A stretch of 64,000 bases of DNA from Mobula hypostoma (lineage: Eukaryota), in assembly GCF_963921235.1 (NCBI RefSeq), contig NC_086097.1, positions 234,610,001-234,674,000 on the forward strand, given 5' to 3'. This document shows, piece by piece, positions 13,963 to 26,263 of this stretch (position 1 is its first letter; each line of letters starts with the position of its first letter). The translations under genes and the position numbers were made by a program. The notes beneath the pieces were generated by a model, which saw only the letters and a list, made by a program, of their open reading frames with translations, was not told the DNA's origin and ran no database searches.

Positions 13963-14190
13963 TATCTGTGGAATTCTCTGTCACAGGAAACAGTTGAGGC
14001 CAATTCATTGGCTATATTTAAGAGGGAGTTAGATATGGCCCTTGTAGCTATGGGGATCAGGGGGTATGGAGGGAAGGCTGGGGCGGGGTTCTGAGTTGGA
14101 TGATCAGCCATGATCATAATAAATGGCGGTGCAGGCTCGAAGGGCCGAATGACCTACTCCTGCACCTATTTTCTATGTTTCTATGTTTCT
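13963..14190 (+). mobile_element. Short CR1 3' fragment inserted in CR1 ORF1
   Basis: LWNSLSQETVEANSLAIFKRELD; (TTCTATGT)n tail. Confidence 0.85.
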
Positions 14191-14809
14191 ATAGCACCAG
14201 ACTCATTGCCAGTAACCTGGTCGCTGCAGCTCCACCCCGTTTGGTTGTCCCCCTTGAAAGTATTGAAACTTATTATTGAGGGGAATGACCATGTGGGTAC
14301 ACTGCACTGGCTGCCTATTTCCCTTTCTTCTTCTGACAGTCACCCAGTTACCTGCCTCCTGCAACCTTAGGATTACTACCTCTTTAGAGCTCCTATCTAT
14401 TGTTTTCTCAGTCTCCTGTATGAGCCAAAGCTCATCGAGCTGCAGCTCCAGCTCCTCAACCTGTTCTCTGAGGATCTGGTGCTCTGTGCACCCGGTACAG
14501 ATTAGGTTATTCGGGAGGCTGGAAGCCTCAGAGAGTTACCACAGCTGCCCCTGGAGACATTCTCACTGCACTACCTGTACCCTAACAGATGAAGAATGAA
14601 GAATAGAAAAGATAACTTACCAGATACCTCGCCCAAGCCTAATTTTGCCAAAGCCACTCTAACACTGGCCCATTCACACAATGACTCTGCTTGCCCCTAC
14701 CTTATTTTTATTTGCCTTTCCTAATAAATCCCATTCACTGATCAGTCACAGTCCAACTCAGAATAACCGCTGTGAAACGCTGCCTTTTTAATCTTCGACT
14801 ACAAACCCA

Positions 14810-16520
14810 AATGAAGTCATGCTACATGAGACTTACTGAATTCTTTGAGGAAGTAAAAAATGAGGGCAAAACAATAGATGTGGTGTATATGAATTTTTTA
14901 AAGCATTTGACTGGTTACACTTGGTAGTCTCATTCAGAGAGTCAAGAGGCATGGGGTCCAGAAAATCTTGACTTGCCCACAGAAGACAAAGGGCGGTGGT
15001 ATTTGGAGTATATTCTTCCTGGAGGTATGCAACTAGTGGTGTTTTGCAAGGATCTATTCTGTGATAGGTTGAATGAGCTAGGGATTTTCTCATTGTAGAA
15101 AAGGTTTATGAGAGGTAACTTGGTTCTGACTAACAAGCCCCAATCAGTTAAGTTAGACAACTTCTCCTCCTCCACTCTCACCCTGAACACGGGCGTGCCT
15201 CAATACTGTGTGCTGAGCCCTTTTCTGTACTCCCTTTTCACTTATGACTGCATTCTTGTACATGGTCCTAACTCCATAATCAAGTTCGCAGATGACACCA
15301 CGGTGCTTGGTCTGATCAGAGGGGATGACGAGACGGCCTACAGGGACGAGGTCCAGCACCTGGTTGCATAGTGTGCCGACAACAATCTGGCCCTTAGCAC
15401 CCAGAAGACCAAGGAGATCATTGTGGACTTCAGGGATGCCAAGAGTCATACTCATGTCCCCATCTACATCAACGGAACTGTAGTGGAGTGTGTGTCAAGC
15501 TTCAAATTCCTTGGTGTCCACATTTCCGAGGATCTCACCTGGTCCCTGAACTCCTCCGTCCAGATCAAAAAGGTGCAACAGCGCCTTTATTTCCTGCGGA
15601 GCATGAAGAAAGCTCACCTCTGTCCCAGGATACTGACGGACTTTTACCGCTGTACCATTGAGAACATACTCACCAACTACATCTCAGTGTAGTATGGCAA
15701 TTGTCCAGTATTGGACCTCAAAGTACTCCAGCGTGTGGTGAAAACTGCCCAGTGGATTATCAGCACCCAACTGACCACCATTGAGAACATCTATCATAAA
15801 CGCTGCCTGGGCAGGGTGAAAAGCATTATCAAGGATGCATCTCACCCTAACCATGGACTTTTTACTCTCCTCCCATCTGGTAGGAACTACAGGAGCCTCC
15901 GCTCCCGCACCAGCAGGCTCAGGAAGAGCTTCTTCCCTGAGGCTGTGACCCTGCTGAACCTCTCATCACAGCGCTAAGCAGTATTGCATCCATATTGTAC
16001 TGTCTCAGTACTTCTATATTTGTGTGTTGTAGCACTTTGTTTATTCACAGTTATTTTGTAAATAACACTATTCTTTGCATTTCTGGTCAGATGCTAACTG
16101 CATTTCATTGGCTTTGTATCTGTTCTCGGCACAATGACAATAAAGTTGAATCTAATCTAATCTAATTTAGAGGAGTACAAAATGGGAAGGGAATAAAATA
16201 GATAGAGAAGAAAGCCAGGGACTTCTTCCCAGCATGCAAATCACTGATAGACAGGGGCTTAACTATAAGGTGACAGGAGGAAAGTAAAGAGGGAATGTAG
16301 AGGTAAGTTCTTTAAACAGAGAGTGGTCCATGCATAGAACACTGCCAGCAGTGGTGGTAGAAGTAGGTGCATTAGCAACATTTAAGAGACTCTTAGATAA
16401 GCACATGGATAAAAGAAAATTGGAGGGATATGTAGCAGGGATTGATCTTGGAATACGTTAAAGAGCTGATTCAATATCGTGTGCTGAGTGGCCTGTAGCA
16501 TGCTGTATAGTTCTATATTT
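14810..16520 (+). mobile_element. Degenerate CR1 fragment (14810-15120 and 16167-16520) split by a Rex element
   Basis: CR1 ORF2-like nucleotide sequence resumes after the Rex tail. Confidence 0.65.
15121..16166 (+). mobile_element. Rex1/Babar LINE, 5'-truncated RT pseudogene
   Basis: TGVPQYCVLSPFLYSLFTYDC, KFADDTTVLGLI, FKFLGVHISEDLTW, LLPSGRNYRS; only a few in-frame stops; AATAAA followed by (AATCT)n tail. Confidence 0.93.
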
Positions 16521-16540
16521 GATATTTAACCAGCATTACT

Positions 16541-16834
16541 TGTCGGGAAATGTAGAGGAAGCTTGAAAATGCAGAGCAGTGGAGACAATTTAGCAGTGAA
16601 CTTCAATAATGGACGGAAAAATAACAAGCCTTGAGGGGCTACAAAACATGAGAGAATGGATATTTAGCACAACAGGTAACGGAAGGCCAAGGGCAACAGG
16701 TTTGATGGGTGCACGAGAACTGTAGATGACTGCTGGGTTTAAATAGGTTGCAACCAATGAGATGGAAACAAGCGACAGGTGAATCCTTTTAGCTGTGTGG
16801 AGACTCGGAGGTGCTTTCCTGTGCAGGTCTAACA
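16541..16834 (-). repeat. 3' LTR of the chromovirus
   Basis: TG...CA ends; adjacent to the PPT (GGAGAGGGGGCC on minus); homologous to 21151-21455. Confidence 0.75.
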
Positions 16835-18619
16835 GGCCCCCTCTCCATGCTGGACTCGATGACACAGGACAATCCAGATGGGTCTAGTGGAACTCCTCAA
16901 TGAGTGCTAGATCCAAGATCAAACTGAACCTTTTTCTCCAGGCTGTACCCTTCCCAGTTGACCAGGTACTGCACACCCTATCTATGATAACATGAATCCA
17001 TCAACCAGCGAACAGAGTATACTGGACTACATTCTGCCATCCTAGTTTCGGGAGGTGCAGGCTCATATGGGTCGGGTGACAATGGGCTGGACACATGGAA
17101 GTTGGGTGTGATCCTAAGGGATGGTGGCAGATGGAGATGGTAAATGACAGGATTGATGGAATGAGTCTTTCTGAAGGGATAATGAACCAGGGTAAGAACT
17201 TGTGCAAGTCATTGTGCAGGGCCAGATCCCAGGTGGACACCCTGGGCAAAGGTGGTCTGGCTTGCTGTTGCCGGTAGGTCTCCTATCAGCAGTAGGCACA
17301 GCTGGCAGCTAGGATGGCCCTCTATGCCCTCTTCCCAGCATTCCGGCAGAGGTAAATCAGGGCCCTGCAGGTTGAGACTTGTATTGTTTAATAGGATCAA
17401 AGGGAGTTGGTCTCCATGAAGCACTTTAAAGGCTGTCTTACCCATGGCAGAGAAGGTGTGTAGATTGTGGGACAGTTCAGCCCAGAGCAGGTAATTCTTC
17501 CATGCGGAAGATTTGGAGAGATGAAACATCGCAGAAACTTCTCCACTTTCTGATTGGCTCTTTCTGACTGACCGTTGGTCTGAGGATGATAGCCAGAGGA
17601 CATACTCACTGTGAAGAGTAGAGAAGGAAACAGAAAGCTCACCAGAATCAGGAGACAATTTGTAGGCCCTGTCTTGAGGGAAACCATGGAGTCAAATTAC
17701 ATTTTGGAGAACCAGGTCCGCCATCTCAGCAGCTGATGGACATTTGGGGAAGGAAATAAGGTAGGCTGACTTGGAGAACTAGTCCACCACTGTCTTGATC
17801 TCTATGGCCCCCACTGGAATGTGGCAAACCCATGATGAAATCCAAGGTGATGTTGGACCATGGGCATCAAGGGACTGGTACCCAGAGGGCCACTGGTTGG
17901 AAGAATTTGATTGGGCACATTGAAAGCAGGTAGCAACAAACTGACGTACTATACACCTACAATCATGGTGAGCTACCACAACCAGTGTTGTAGAAAATCT
18001 GAAATCTGTTGTACTCCTAGATGATCAGAGAGGATTGAGGAGTGGACCCACCAGAGTGTCTCAGAACGCATGGCTGCCAGCATTTATATGTGGTTGTCAG
18101 GTGGGTTGGCCAAAGCGGGCTTGTGCTGTAGCGGAGCTTGTTTACAAGATCCCAGATGATCGGGGTGAAGATCTGCAAGGATGGAATAATGGGCTGAGGG
18201 TCGATTTCTGTTTCAGCTGGGTTGAACTGTCACGACAGGCTGTCCACCTTAGTGTTATTAGAGCGGGATGGATAGAAGACGGTGAAGTTGAATTGCATAA
18301 TGAAGGCAGCCCAGTGAGCCTGACGTGAATTGAGTTGGCAGGTCTGCTGAAAGCATTAAGGTTCTGGCGGTCAGGGCAGATCAGGAAGGGCTCTGTGTTC
18401 CCCATCACCCAATGTCTCCTTTTCTCAAAAGCCCATTTAATGGTGAGTAACTCCCTATCTCCTGTTCCATAATGGTGCTGTGTAGAGTGAACTTGAATGA
18501 GAAGACTGCACAAAGGTGGCATCAGGTCCTCACTGGGAGAAATAGCCTCAGCATCCGAAACAGATGCATCCACCTATACCATAAAAAGGTCTGTATCAGT
18601 TCAGATGGCGGACAAAGAC

Positions 18620-19155
18620 TCCACTTGGAGTACTGTGTTCAATTCTAATCACCACAGTACAGGAAAGATGTGGATAGTATAGAGATAATGCAGAGATTTA
18701 CAAGGATGTTGCCTAAATTAGAGAGCATACCTTATGAGAATAGGTTGAGTGAACTTGACCTTTTCTTCTTGGAGTGAGAGAGCATGAGAGGTGACCTGAT
18801 AGGGGTGTATAAGATGATGAGAGGCATTGATCATGTGGATAGCCAGAGGCCTTTTTCCAGGACTGAAATGGCTAACACAAGGGGGATAGTTTTAAGGTGC
18901 TCGGAGGTAGGTACAAGGGGATGTCAGATGTAAGTTTTTCACACGGAGATTGGTGGGTGCATGGAATGCACTGCCAGCAAAGGTGGAAGAGGTGGATACA
19001 ATAGGGTCTCTTAAGGTACATGGAGCTTACAAAAATAGAGGGCTATGCGGTAGAGTAATTCTTGGCAGTTTCTAGAGTAGTTTACATGGTTGGCACAACA
19101 TTGTGGGCCAAAGAGCCTGTAACGTGCTGTAGATTTCTATGTTCTATGTTCTATG
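18620..19155 (+). mobile_element. CR1 3' fragment inserted between the Gypsy RT and RNase H
   Basis: CR1 ORF2 C-terminal sequence and (TTCTATG)n tail. Confidence 0.88.
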
Positions 19156-21150
19156 AGGAAGGAAGTGGTGGAGAGGTGTCTCTTGAGCTCCTGGAAAGCG
19201 TGATCTGTGACAGCAGACCAGATTAAGTGTGAGGAAATGGCGGTAGAAGTTGGAGAAGCCCAAGAAGCGCTGTAGCTATTTGAGGGAGTGTGGTCAGCAC
19301 CATTCAGTGATGATGTGTACCTTCTCTGGATCCAAGCCTTGGGGTGAATGGACATAACTCAGGAAGGAAACAACTGGGCTATGGAACTGGCATTTTAAAA
19401 TTTGAAATAGTTTGTTTTTGAGTATACACTGAAGGACCGAATGGATGTTCTAGATGTTGTTTTGCAGGTCCTTGGAGAAGATGAGGATGTCGTCAAGTTA
19501 GACGAACACACGCCTGTGTTACTTGGCTCAGAGGATCTTGTGAATGAAAGCTTGGGAAATGGCTGAACAGTTGGAAAGTCTGAAAGGCTTCACCAAATAT
19601 TCCTACTAGCCAGTGGATGTTATGAACACTGACTCCTATTTATATCCCTTTGCAGATGAGGATCAGGTTGTACGAGCCCTGTCGCTCTAGATAATGAAGA
19701 GCTGGGCCCTGCAGAGTGTTTTCAATGTGCTATCTATCAAAAGGAGAGGGCGACATTTTTTTAATGGTGATTTTGTTGAGCCCACAGTAGTCAATGCAGA
19801 GATGAACACCCCCATTTTTCCTATTGACAAAGAAGAATCCTGCACCAGCTGAGGACTGGAATGGTCAAGTGAAGCTGTGCCGTAGAATTTCACCAATTCA
19901 TGGCTTGGATTTCAGGAGGGTGAGGGAGAAGAGATAACCTCGGCGAGGGGTGGGGCCCAGGAGGAGTTTGATCGCGCAGTCTGTGAGGCTGCAAGGTGCT
20001 GGCTTCCTTCTTACTGAAAGCAGCTCAGCACTCAACCAGATAACCCAGCGAAGTGAGGGGCGTGAGTGAAGAGCCAGGGATAACCCAGGATGAGAGTAGT
20101 GTGGGGTGAGTCAATAAGGAGGAATTGAATGGATTTGCAGTGCTCTTCAATGCCCATGTGCACAGGCCGTGTGAGCGCTCTGATGACCCCTGACCCCAAA
20201 AGATGGCTGTCAATGGCCACGATGCAGAAGGGATGCAAGAATAGCTCGGTAGGTAGTCGAAGCTGCACACACAGAGTCCAACCCAGGAAGCTGCCTGCTG
20301 GGCCTGAATCCACCAGGGCCTCCTGTGTACATAGAGCCATTGGGGGGAGGAGGAGGATTGAGAGAGCAAGTTGGACTACGGTGCTGGAACGAGGGGCTGG
20401 GGTGAACTAACCAGGTAGAAAGCTTCTCATCTCTACCTGGTGGTGCCACTCTCCCGGAGGCAGTGGGCATTTGATGCGTGAGTGATCAGCTCCTCAACAA
20501 TAGGTGCACAAGTTGGCTCTCCGCTACTCTTCGGCGGTTTAAGGGAGCTCTGCATGGGTTCTGGAGGGATTGCTCCTGCATCTGAACTGGTTCGGGGAAT
20601 TAAATTGGGGTTCGAGCTGGAGATCTGGAAGTTCATTACATAAAACACTTGTCGATGTGAAGGACCAGAGGGATGAGGCTCCGTAAAGCCTTGATGGTAA
20701 CGGGCCAGCGGCACCTTTGCATTCTAGTGACACTCCACCGCAAGGGAATGCAATTCCATGGTGTAAACCAGCATCAAGATACTGCCTCCTTTCCAATTTC
20801 TGGATGGGTGAAAACAGCAGTTAATTCCTCATATTAAATTTAGATGGTGGTTTTGTTGTCCCGGTTAGCGGCTGCCCAGGTCAGAAGACAGAGGTGGTTT
20901 CAACTTGAAGTGCAAGATGCACTGGGACAAGAAGTTGTGGCATCAGGTTGGGGATCTGTTCGGGCAGTAGATTCCAGGGTTCCGAGGGAGCAGTTTGACT
21001 GTCAGGATTGCTGTATTGAGACAGAGAGTTGGTTAGGAGTGGTGAGCAGATGGTTAATGATTTCCTTCTTCCTCTGGATGTGCATTTGTTAAAGCAGACA
21101 CAACCTTTTGGTGAACAAACTCTGCTGGGTCAAACACTGTTCACCCATCC

Positions 21151-21455
21151 TGTCAGGAAGCTTGACCCAACCACAGAGCACCAGAGACAAGTTAGTAGTG
21201 CGTGCTCACTTTAATGATAAACTGCAAAATAACAAGTCACAAAGGACCACAAAAAAGAGAGAATGGTTGCTAAACACAACAAGGTAACTGAAGGCTAGGA
21301 GCAACTGGTAGAGGCCGGCTGGTACTTTAGGTGAACAAGAATTTTGGATGAAAGCTGGAATAAACAGGCTACAGGTGATGAGTTGGAAATGAGTGGTAGG
21401 TGACTCCGGTTAGCTGGGTGGAGACTGGGTGGTGTTTGCCCATGCAGTCCTGACA
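21151..21455 (-). repeat. 5' LTR of the chromovirus
   Basis: TGTCAGGA...TCCTGACA perfect 8-bp terminal inverted repeat; homologous to 16541-16834. Confidence 0.8.
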
Positions 21456-21688
21456 TCTCTGAGACAGAGTATTAGATTATTATCACTTCCTGGAATTTGT
21501 TGTAACTAAGTCAACTTCCAAACTTCATGCATTTTAATGTAACTGTAATTCAGATTTATTTTACAAATTATAATGCACTTTGTAAAATTATTCTCAAGAT
21601 TTAAATCTTTTAATCAACCTTTAATAGAAAGTGCTGTAATATCAATTTTAAAAATGTTCATCTCGTAGAGAAGAATAAGGATATTATT

Positions 21689-22298
21689 TGAACATAGAAC
21701 ATAGAACATAGAATAGTACAGCACAGTACAGGCCCTTCGGCCCACAATGTTGTGCCGACCCTCAAACCCTGCCTCCCATATAAGCTCCCACCTTAGATTC
21801 CTCCATATACCTGTCTAGTAGTCTCTTAAACTTCACTAGTGCATCTGCCTCCACCACTGACTCAGGCAGTGCATTCCACGCACCAACCACTCTCTGAGTA
21901 AAAAACCTTCCTCTAATATCCCCCTTGAACTTCCCACCCCTTACCTTAAAGCCATGTCCTCTTATATTGAGCAGTGGTGCCCTGGGGAAGACATGCTGGC
22001 TATCCACTCTATCTATTCCTCTTATTATCTTGTACACCTCTATCATGTCTCCTCTCATCCTCCTTCTCTCCAAAGAGTAAAGCCCGAGCTCCCTTAATCT
22101 CTGATCATAATGCATACTCTCTAAACCAGGCAGCATCCTGGTAAATCTCCTCTGTACCCTTTCCAATGCTTCCACATCCTTCCTATAGTGAGGTGACCAG
22201 AACTGGACACAGTACTCCAAGTGTGGCCTAACCAGAGTTTTATAGAGCTGCATCATTACATCGCGACTCTTAAACTCTATCCCTCGACTTATGAAATT
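21689..22298 (-). mobile_element. Young CR1 3' fragment with an uninterrupted ORF2 C-terminus
   Basis: ORF 21762..22400 (FISRGIEFKSRDVMMQLYKTLVRPHLEYCVQFW...); (GAACATA)n tail. Confidence 0.93.
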
Positions 22299-22994
22299 CA
22301 ACAATCCCAGTCTGCTTCCTGCACTGCTGTACAGAGCCTGACATCCAGCAATAGAAGTACAAGAGGCATCGTAATTTTCCATACGTACAAAATAATTCAT
22401 TCCACTTTCTGTTTCCTCACACCATTTGCCCTGGTAGATTTAATTTGCAATGCACTGCTGCGGAGAGTGTGTGGAGAAAGTGTTAGTGTGCTGATTGAGC
22501 ATTGCCATCTGTGTGCTCACACATTATAGACTGTTACCTCTGCGCTTGCCATGGGGAAGTATAATTCTATTTTAAGTGATGTGGTATATAATTACAAAGA
22601 AAGTATTCTAATTTTACTCAATAAATTTAATTCTTAAATCTTTTGTTCCTCTTTCCTAGATAGGAATGGCTTCCAGTTCTGTTCCTATACATTCCATATA
22701 TAAGGCAACATTCCCTCTACAATTAAAAAAGATATACTGGAAATACTCAACAACACAGCCCATACACGTGGGAAGAAACAGAGCTAAATATTCAGGTTGA
22801 AGAAATTTGTCAAAACATGCTGCCTGTTACCTAGAGCAAAATTAAGAAATGTGCTTATAACTTTGTTGGAAATTTTCAAGAGAGAAAATCATCCCTTCAT
22901 GTGAAAATCCAGTGTAGTGCCACACAAGTTTACTAGGAGTAGATTAAATAATCTAATTGCTATTAAGAAGAAAAGATTTTAATCTCCTGTTTAC

Positions 22995-23161
22995 CAAATT
23001 TAACAACATTATTGGAATGTTTTCGTCTGGTATAGGAATGTGATTCCAGAAGCCACTGGAAATCCATTCCTCTGGAATTACAAGCTAAAATATTCATCCC
23101 TATCTCCACAGTTATAAACTTTCTATAAGTTATTTTTTCCTTGTCAGCCTTTTTATGATTT
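22995..23161 (-). CDS. Candidate host-gene exon of unknown product (167 bp, phase 2 to phase 1)
   Basis: Non-repeat DNA; pyrimidine-rich acceptor ccttcttctgtatgtttgcag, donor G|gtaaac, one open frame NHKKADKEKITYRKF...NNVVKF; no recognised homology. Confidence 0.25.
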
Positions 23162-23370
23162 CTGCAAACATACAGAAGAAGGCATTCCATTGCACAATAG
23201 AACTACATGTGGGCTGAGTGAGCTCAGTTAAAAAGCCACTGAGGTTGGGTTGCCCTTAAGGCATTTGTTGGGTCTATGCTTTAAATGACTTGTTTGTAAC
23301 CATTTTCTAGTTAAAGTTAAAGGTTTATAATTAAGTTATAGTATAACAAAGGGAAATCCATTGTCTATGG

Positions 23371-23890
23371 TATATCGCGGCATGTGATGACGTCACCTCC
23401 GGTTTCGCCACGTCTTGTGTGTAGCCTTCGGTTCGGAGAAGGTGTGAAGGCGTGTAGCATGATCATGAAGAGATCCATTTCTACCGACAAAGAAACATTA
23501 TAGAAGCAACGCCGTAAGTTCATAAGAATGTATTTGAAGTGAAAATATTAACGCGGTTTCTGTTAAGGAAGTGGCGGTTAGGGTGGCGCACGTGCCGGCT
23601 TTTCAATTTCAAACGTGGGGTCAGCTCGAGCCCAATGGCAGTTTGACATGACCCTCCTCGTCTGCTACTCGGGGCGGCTGGAGACACTCGCTAAAAGAGA
23701 GCGCGCGTGGTCTCCCGAATGAAACAGGCACTGTGTATGTTTGTTTTTTTTATCAACAGTTTTCACCATGCGATGTTAATGTGGAAGAGTGAACAGTAAA
23801 TGGTTAACCTTACTACAACTCTGTCTTCATTGGCTCCGGTTTAACTTGGTGTTTAGTCAGAATTTCAACACACTGCACGAGAACACTACA
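23371..23890 (+). mobile_element. Probable solo LTR, CpG-rich
   Basis: CpG-rich block in AT-rich context; AGTAAA followed by a GT-rich U5-like segment ending ...CACTACA; 5' TG and TSD not clear. Confidence 0.45.
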
Positions 23891-24279
23891 GGGGTCATTT
23901 TTTGAAGTAGAAGGTGTGAACTACAAAGTGAACTATTGTGTTCTCCTGACAATTCAAGGACAGCTGATGGAACTTCTTTTAAATATTCTCCCTCTTCAGC
24001 TTGAGGCTTGTTCAGAACCTGAGATGTAATAGCTGCTCTAGAATATCAGGAATTCTCTCAAGCGGCTACTGATCACACACAGAGACATTAACCGATGCAT
24101 CATTAAGTCAGTTGATGTTGCAGTGCAGATGGCGAAGAAGCAGAGACAAAATGGCTGAGGGCGTGAGTGTCTTCATTCTATCACTGGCAAGTCAAAAGTA
24201 CTGGTCCCCAGATCCAATTCTTTCATTCTTCCTTGTATCAAAGTGGATTCCAAACTGAGGGTGGAGATATTCAAATTAA

Positions 24280-24520
24280 TTTTGGCCCTTTGAGCTGTGC
24301 TGCACAGCAACCTCTAATTTAACCCTAGCCTAATCACGGGACAATTTTCAATCACCAGTTAACTTACTAACCGGTATGTCTTTGGACTGTGGGAAGAAAA
24401 TGGAACACTCGTCCATTCCACGGGGAGGACGTACGGACTCCTTACAGGTGACAACTGAATTGAACTCCAACGCCCCAAGCTGTAATAGCATCGAGATAAT
24501 AGCTACATTATCGTGGCACC
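24280..24520 (-). mobile_element. tRNA-derived V-SINE-like element
   Basis: Minus strand has a B-box-like GGAGTTCAATTC and a V-domain-like gtacgtcctccccgtg...ttcccacagtccaaagacat; related copies at ~48225-48860, 49685-49910, 55680-55850 and 57720-57870. Confidence 0.7.
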
Positions 24521-24589
24521 TAACTATATATTGCTCACAATATGTCCAGTCAATAAAACAGAAATGCAAATTTGTTATTGCCACAAAAT

Positions 24590-25100
24590 AAAGTTCAGGG
24601 TAAAATTTATTATTATCAGAGTATTTACATGTCACGACATACAACCCTGATTTTCTTTTTTTCCCCTGTGGGCATTTATTTATCAATTCTATAGAACAGT
24701 AACTGTAAACAGGATCAGTGAAGAACAAACTGTGCAAATACAAGAATAAATAAATAGCAATAAATAATGAGAGCATGAAATAACAAGATAAAGAGTCATT
24801 AATGTGAGACCATTGGTTGTGGGAACACCAGAAATGGAATGAATGTAATTATCCTCTTTTGTTCAAGAGCCTGATGGTTGAGAGCTAGTAATTGTTCTTG
24901 AACTTGGTGGTATAAGTTATGAGGCACTTGTACCTTCTACCTGATGCCAGCAGCAAGAAACGAGCATGGCCTGGACGGTGATAATCTTTGCTGCTTTTCT
25001 ACGGCAATGTTTCATGTAAATGTGCTCAATAGTTGGGAGGGCTTTACCCTCGATTTACTAGGTCAAATCCATTACGTTTTGTGGGATCTTTCACTCAAAG
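24590..25100 (-). mobile_element. Rex1/Babar LINE 3' fragment
   Basis: Nucleotide homology to 636-880 plus a Rex-type 3' UTR. Confidence 0.7.
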
Positions 25101-25926
25101 GCGGGAAAAAATTACGTTTAGTGTGAAATAAGGTTTTTGCCCAGGCAGAGTAACATGTCCAAGTAACCTGTCCACTTTGCGTGAGGAACAAAGTAGAAGT
25201 AGTACTGCAGTTGACAATACAAGGAATTCAATTGTAGGGCATTCAAACTAAGAAATTATATCCCCATTAATATTTTGTCAGTTCAATTTTCAAGACATGC
25301 TCAGAAATTGCATTAGAGAATTGCATTTGGCGCACTAAGCAAAATGTTTCAGTATGATTAGCTCTATTATGGGCTAAATTATTAAAATTCTTGACAAATG
25401 TACAAAGGCAAGTGAAATTCCCAAGATGCATCGTGAAGTTACCAGATTAATTCAAAGTGAAACCTGCAGATATCAATCTAATATTACCACTCACATGTGA
25501 TTGATCTGAGTACTGCAATTCTTGGGTGGCATTTCCTCATAATCTCACTATCACTAAATTCATCATATTTCTCAGAACTCAATTCTTTTTCCTAATATTA
25601 ATGTTTCTAACCTTGCAACAGAGTCGCAACCAGACATATACGCGGTTCTCTTTTAAGGAAGTGAATTAGCATTGTTTCTTGGTAGAAAATAAAGCATTTA
25701 CTAAAATTGCTGTATTAAGTTAAACTCCCATTTTTGCCATTGGACTCAATAATTTGTTTAGGTTACTGCAGTCACCTCTGAAAATAACACAAAGTATTTT
25801 TTTCTTGAATGCATATTGCTTTTAAATTTAAACAACAGGAATTCTGCAGATGCTGGAAATTCAAGCAACACACATCAAAGTTGCTGGTGAACGCAGCAGG
25901 CCAGGCAGCATCTGTAGGAAGAGGTG

Positions 25927-25964
25927 CAGTCGACGTTTCAGGCCGAGACCCTTCGTCAGGACTA
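25927..25964 (-). ncRNA. Minimal type I hammerhead ribozyme, intact core
   Basis: Minus strand reads tagtc-CTGACGA-agggtctcggcct-GAAAC-GTC-gactg; helix I tagtc/gactg, 3-bp helix II, palindromic ACGT helix III. Confidence 0.8.
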
Positions 25965-26263
25965 ACTGAAGGAAGAGTGAGTAAGGGATTTGAAAGTTGG
26001 AGGGGGAGGGGGAGATCCAAAATGATAGGAGAAGACAGGAGTGGAGGGATGGAGCCAAGAGCTGGACAGGTGATAGGCAAAAGGGGATACAAGAGGATCA
26101 CGGGACAGGAGGTCCGGGAAGAAAGACAAGGAGCCGGGGGGGGGGGTCCCAGAGGATGGGCAAGAGGTATATTCTGAGGGACAGAGGGAGAAAAAGGAGA
26201 GTGAGAGAAAGAATGTGTGCATAAAAATAAGTAACAGATGGGGTACGAGGGGGAGGTGGGGCC

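Larger units (their letters stand above)
9865..14800 (-). mobile_element. Near-full-length degenerate CR1 LINE (ORF1 + ORF2), interrupted by two other CR1s
   Basis: RT fragments at 10007-11495; ORF1 esterase-like segment ILDREHGILKWEGDEQPEVLMH (13710-13960); coiled-coil/zinc-finger-like ORF1 N-terminus at ~14270-14540; 5' boundary approximate. Confidence 0.8.
16541..21455 (-). mobile_element. Degenerate Gypsy/Ty3 chromovirus (sushi-like) provirus: gag-PR-RT-RNaseH-IN-chromodomain
   Basis: CCHC knuckle CTYC*GADHSRIKC at ~20466-20510; protease ALVDSG (ORF 20032..20340); RT VFV*LDDILIFS at ~19470-19510; RNaseH VDAS...ELLTIKWAF; integrase SSGYHPQTNGQSERANQ; chromodomain QYLVNWEGYS at ~16940-16975; PPT at 16835-16846. 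Confidence 0.92.

Noticed and set aside
25772..26224. Recurrent ORFs such as ...PDEGSRPETSTAPLPTDAAWPAAFTSNFD (also at 3267, 27681 and 52926)
   Set aside because: Chance reading frames in the PLE 3' UTR and hammerhead; they recur because the repeat recurs
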